Assembly: GCF_030384885.1 (NCBI RefSeq)
Contig: NZ_CP128613.1
DNA: 64,000 nucleotides
Origin: Escherichia coli
GTDB lineage: Bacteria > Pseudomonadota > Gammaproteobacteria > Enterobacterales > Enterobacteriaceae
Direction: 5' to 3' (one strand)
Under the pieces are notes generated by a model. It was not told the DNA's origin and did not search any database. It saw nothing but the letters and a program-made list of their open reading frames with translations. The position numbers and the translations under genes are program-made. Below are positions 62,775 to 64,000 of this stretch, piece after piece. How positions within the stretch are numbered: the stretch's first letter is position 1; each line of letters begins with the position of its first letter.

Positions 62775-64000
62775 TACATCACTCCGGTGAATACAAATCT
62801 AATAAAACGTCCAATGTTATTTCCGGAGCACTTCATCTTACATGTTTCTAAAGAATCATTAGACCAGTCTTGGCAGTTTTTAAATAGCCCTAAATTTATA
62901 GGTGTGAATATATCAGGCAATACAGAATAACGCGGCCTTACCTCTTTAAATTTCCCTTTTAAACAGTTCTCCACACAACTATTATCGGTTTCAACGAGGT
63001 CACAACGGCCAGCAGCTTCTTTTGTATCATTACTTGCTTTACCTGGCCCCCATAGACCATCTCCTTTTGATTCTCCCCGTTGGTCTTGGCCACCACAAGT
63101 ATAGTCCCCTTTACCATCTGGGACACAAAGATATTGATGATAGAACGGATTCCCCCATATATCTGGACCGCTTCTTTCACCAGTTCCGCCCATTGAATGC
63201 AGTGGCTTAATGCATTTTAGTGTTTCTAATCCTAATGGATCTATATTTGAGATCGGATTCAACGGATACTGATAAAAATTCCATCCCCCCTTCAGCCCAA
63301 TCGGATCCTGAGTGATATACCGCCCCTGCAGCGGGTCATAATAGCGGTGGCGGTTGTAATACAGGCCGGACTCCTCATCATACTGCTGACCCGGCAGGCG
63401 GATGAGCTGCTGCAGCTGGTGCGGGTTCTCTTCATTCAGCAGGTTGCCCCATTCATCATATTCTGCGTACCACGCTGTTGCCCCTTCCGTGCTGACAAGC
63501 GCCAGCGGCAGGCCGCGATGGTCGCAGTGGTACAGGTGGATTTTTCGCGCCGGCGTGTACACCGGGTCCATCTGGTTTTGCATCTGCTCCACCGTCAGGC
63601 CGCACGATGCCAGCCAGCGGCGGCTTTCCTCACTCACCCGGTCAGCCAGGATTTCACTTTCCAGCCGGTCGAGCATCTGCACCAGCACCGGCGGGAACAC
63701 CACATGGCCTCCGTCTTCGCCGCCGGACTGCTGAAGGGCATCCGCCAGGCTGCGGCGCTGCGTTTTCGCCAGCTCACCGGTGGCGGTTTCGACCCTGATG
63801 AGTGGCGTGAAACTTCCCGGCAGGTATACCGTCTGGATGCGGGTTCTGTCGTTCTGTATCGTGGTCAGCCGGTCGCCATCCCAGCCGTACCAGGTCACTT
63901 CCGGTTTCCTTGACAGCGACATCCAGCCCGTCAGGTCCCGTTCACGCCGCCACACCCGTTTTGCCACCCTGCGGCCCAGCGGGTCGTAAAGATAGCGACT
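62774..64000 (-). CDS. Rhs family protein, 3' end (core C-terminus plus toxin tip); 5' end outside window
   Basis: ORF open to the window edge; YD-repeat core ending ...[27 protein letters not shown], then a ~150-aa Cys-rich, low-GC C-terminal domain. Confidence 0.88.
   Translation of the reverse strand, partial: SRYLYDPLGRRVAKRVWRRERDLTGWMSLSRKPEVTWYGWDGDRLTTIQNDRTRIQTVYLPGSFTPLIRVETATGELAKTQRRSLADALQQSGGEDGGHVVFPPVLVQMLDRLESEILADRVSEESRRWLASCGLTVEQMQNQMDPVYTPARKIHLYHCDHRGLPLALVSTEGATAWYAEYDEWGNLLNEENPHQLQQLIRLPGQQYDEESGLYYNRHRYYDPLQGRYITQDPIGLKGGWNFYQYPLNPISNIDPLGLETLKCIKPLHSMGGTGERSGPDIWGNPFYHQYLCVPDGKGDYTCGGQDQRGESKGDGLWGPGKASNDTKEAAGRCDLVETDNSCVENCLKGKFKEVRPRYSVLPDIFTPINLGLFKNCQDWSNDSLETCKMKCSGNNIGRFIRFVFTGVM
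63252..64000. repeat. Direct repeat copy B (rhs core 3' segment)
   Basis: Identical to 61385..62133; truncated by the window edge. Confidence 0.9.

Overview
This 64 kb window reads as an Escherichia coli-type enterobacterial chromosome segment, in reverse orientation to the K-12 map, running gltS-recG-spoT-rpoZ-gmk-ligB through the LPS core (waa) cluster, kbl-tdh, envC-gpmM, secB-gpsA-cysE and lldDRP to mtlRDA-yibIH. Almost every ORF matches a well-known housekeeping gene, recognised from memory of the protein sequences, not from a database search. Three parts are accessory: (1) an LPS outer-core block with R3-type gene order (waaI-waaY-waaJ-waaD-waaL) and low GC; (2) a ~6 kb insertion between lldP and yibL carrying a 1675-aa trimeric autotransporter adhesin (UpaG/EhaG/SadA-like) with an upstream SadB-like lipoprotein gene; (3) at the window end, the 3' end of an rhs gene and a downstream orphan rhs C-terminal fragment, each with a different toxin tip and its own immunity gene. 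The rhs toxin/immunity array is the best candidate for under-described biology; the orphan tip has a possible L,D-transpeptidase-like Cys/His motif and a signal-peptide-bearing immunity protein. Other points: yicR/radC is interrupted by an in-frame TGA, dinD appears absent between yicC and yicG, and rph is intact. No tRNA, rRNA, CRISPR array, IS element or prophage gene was recognised.
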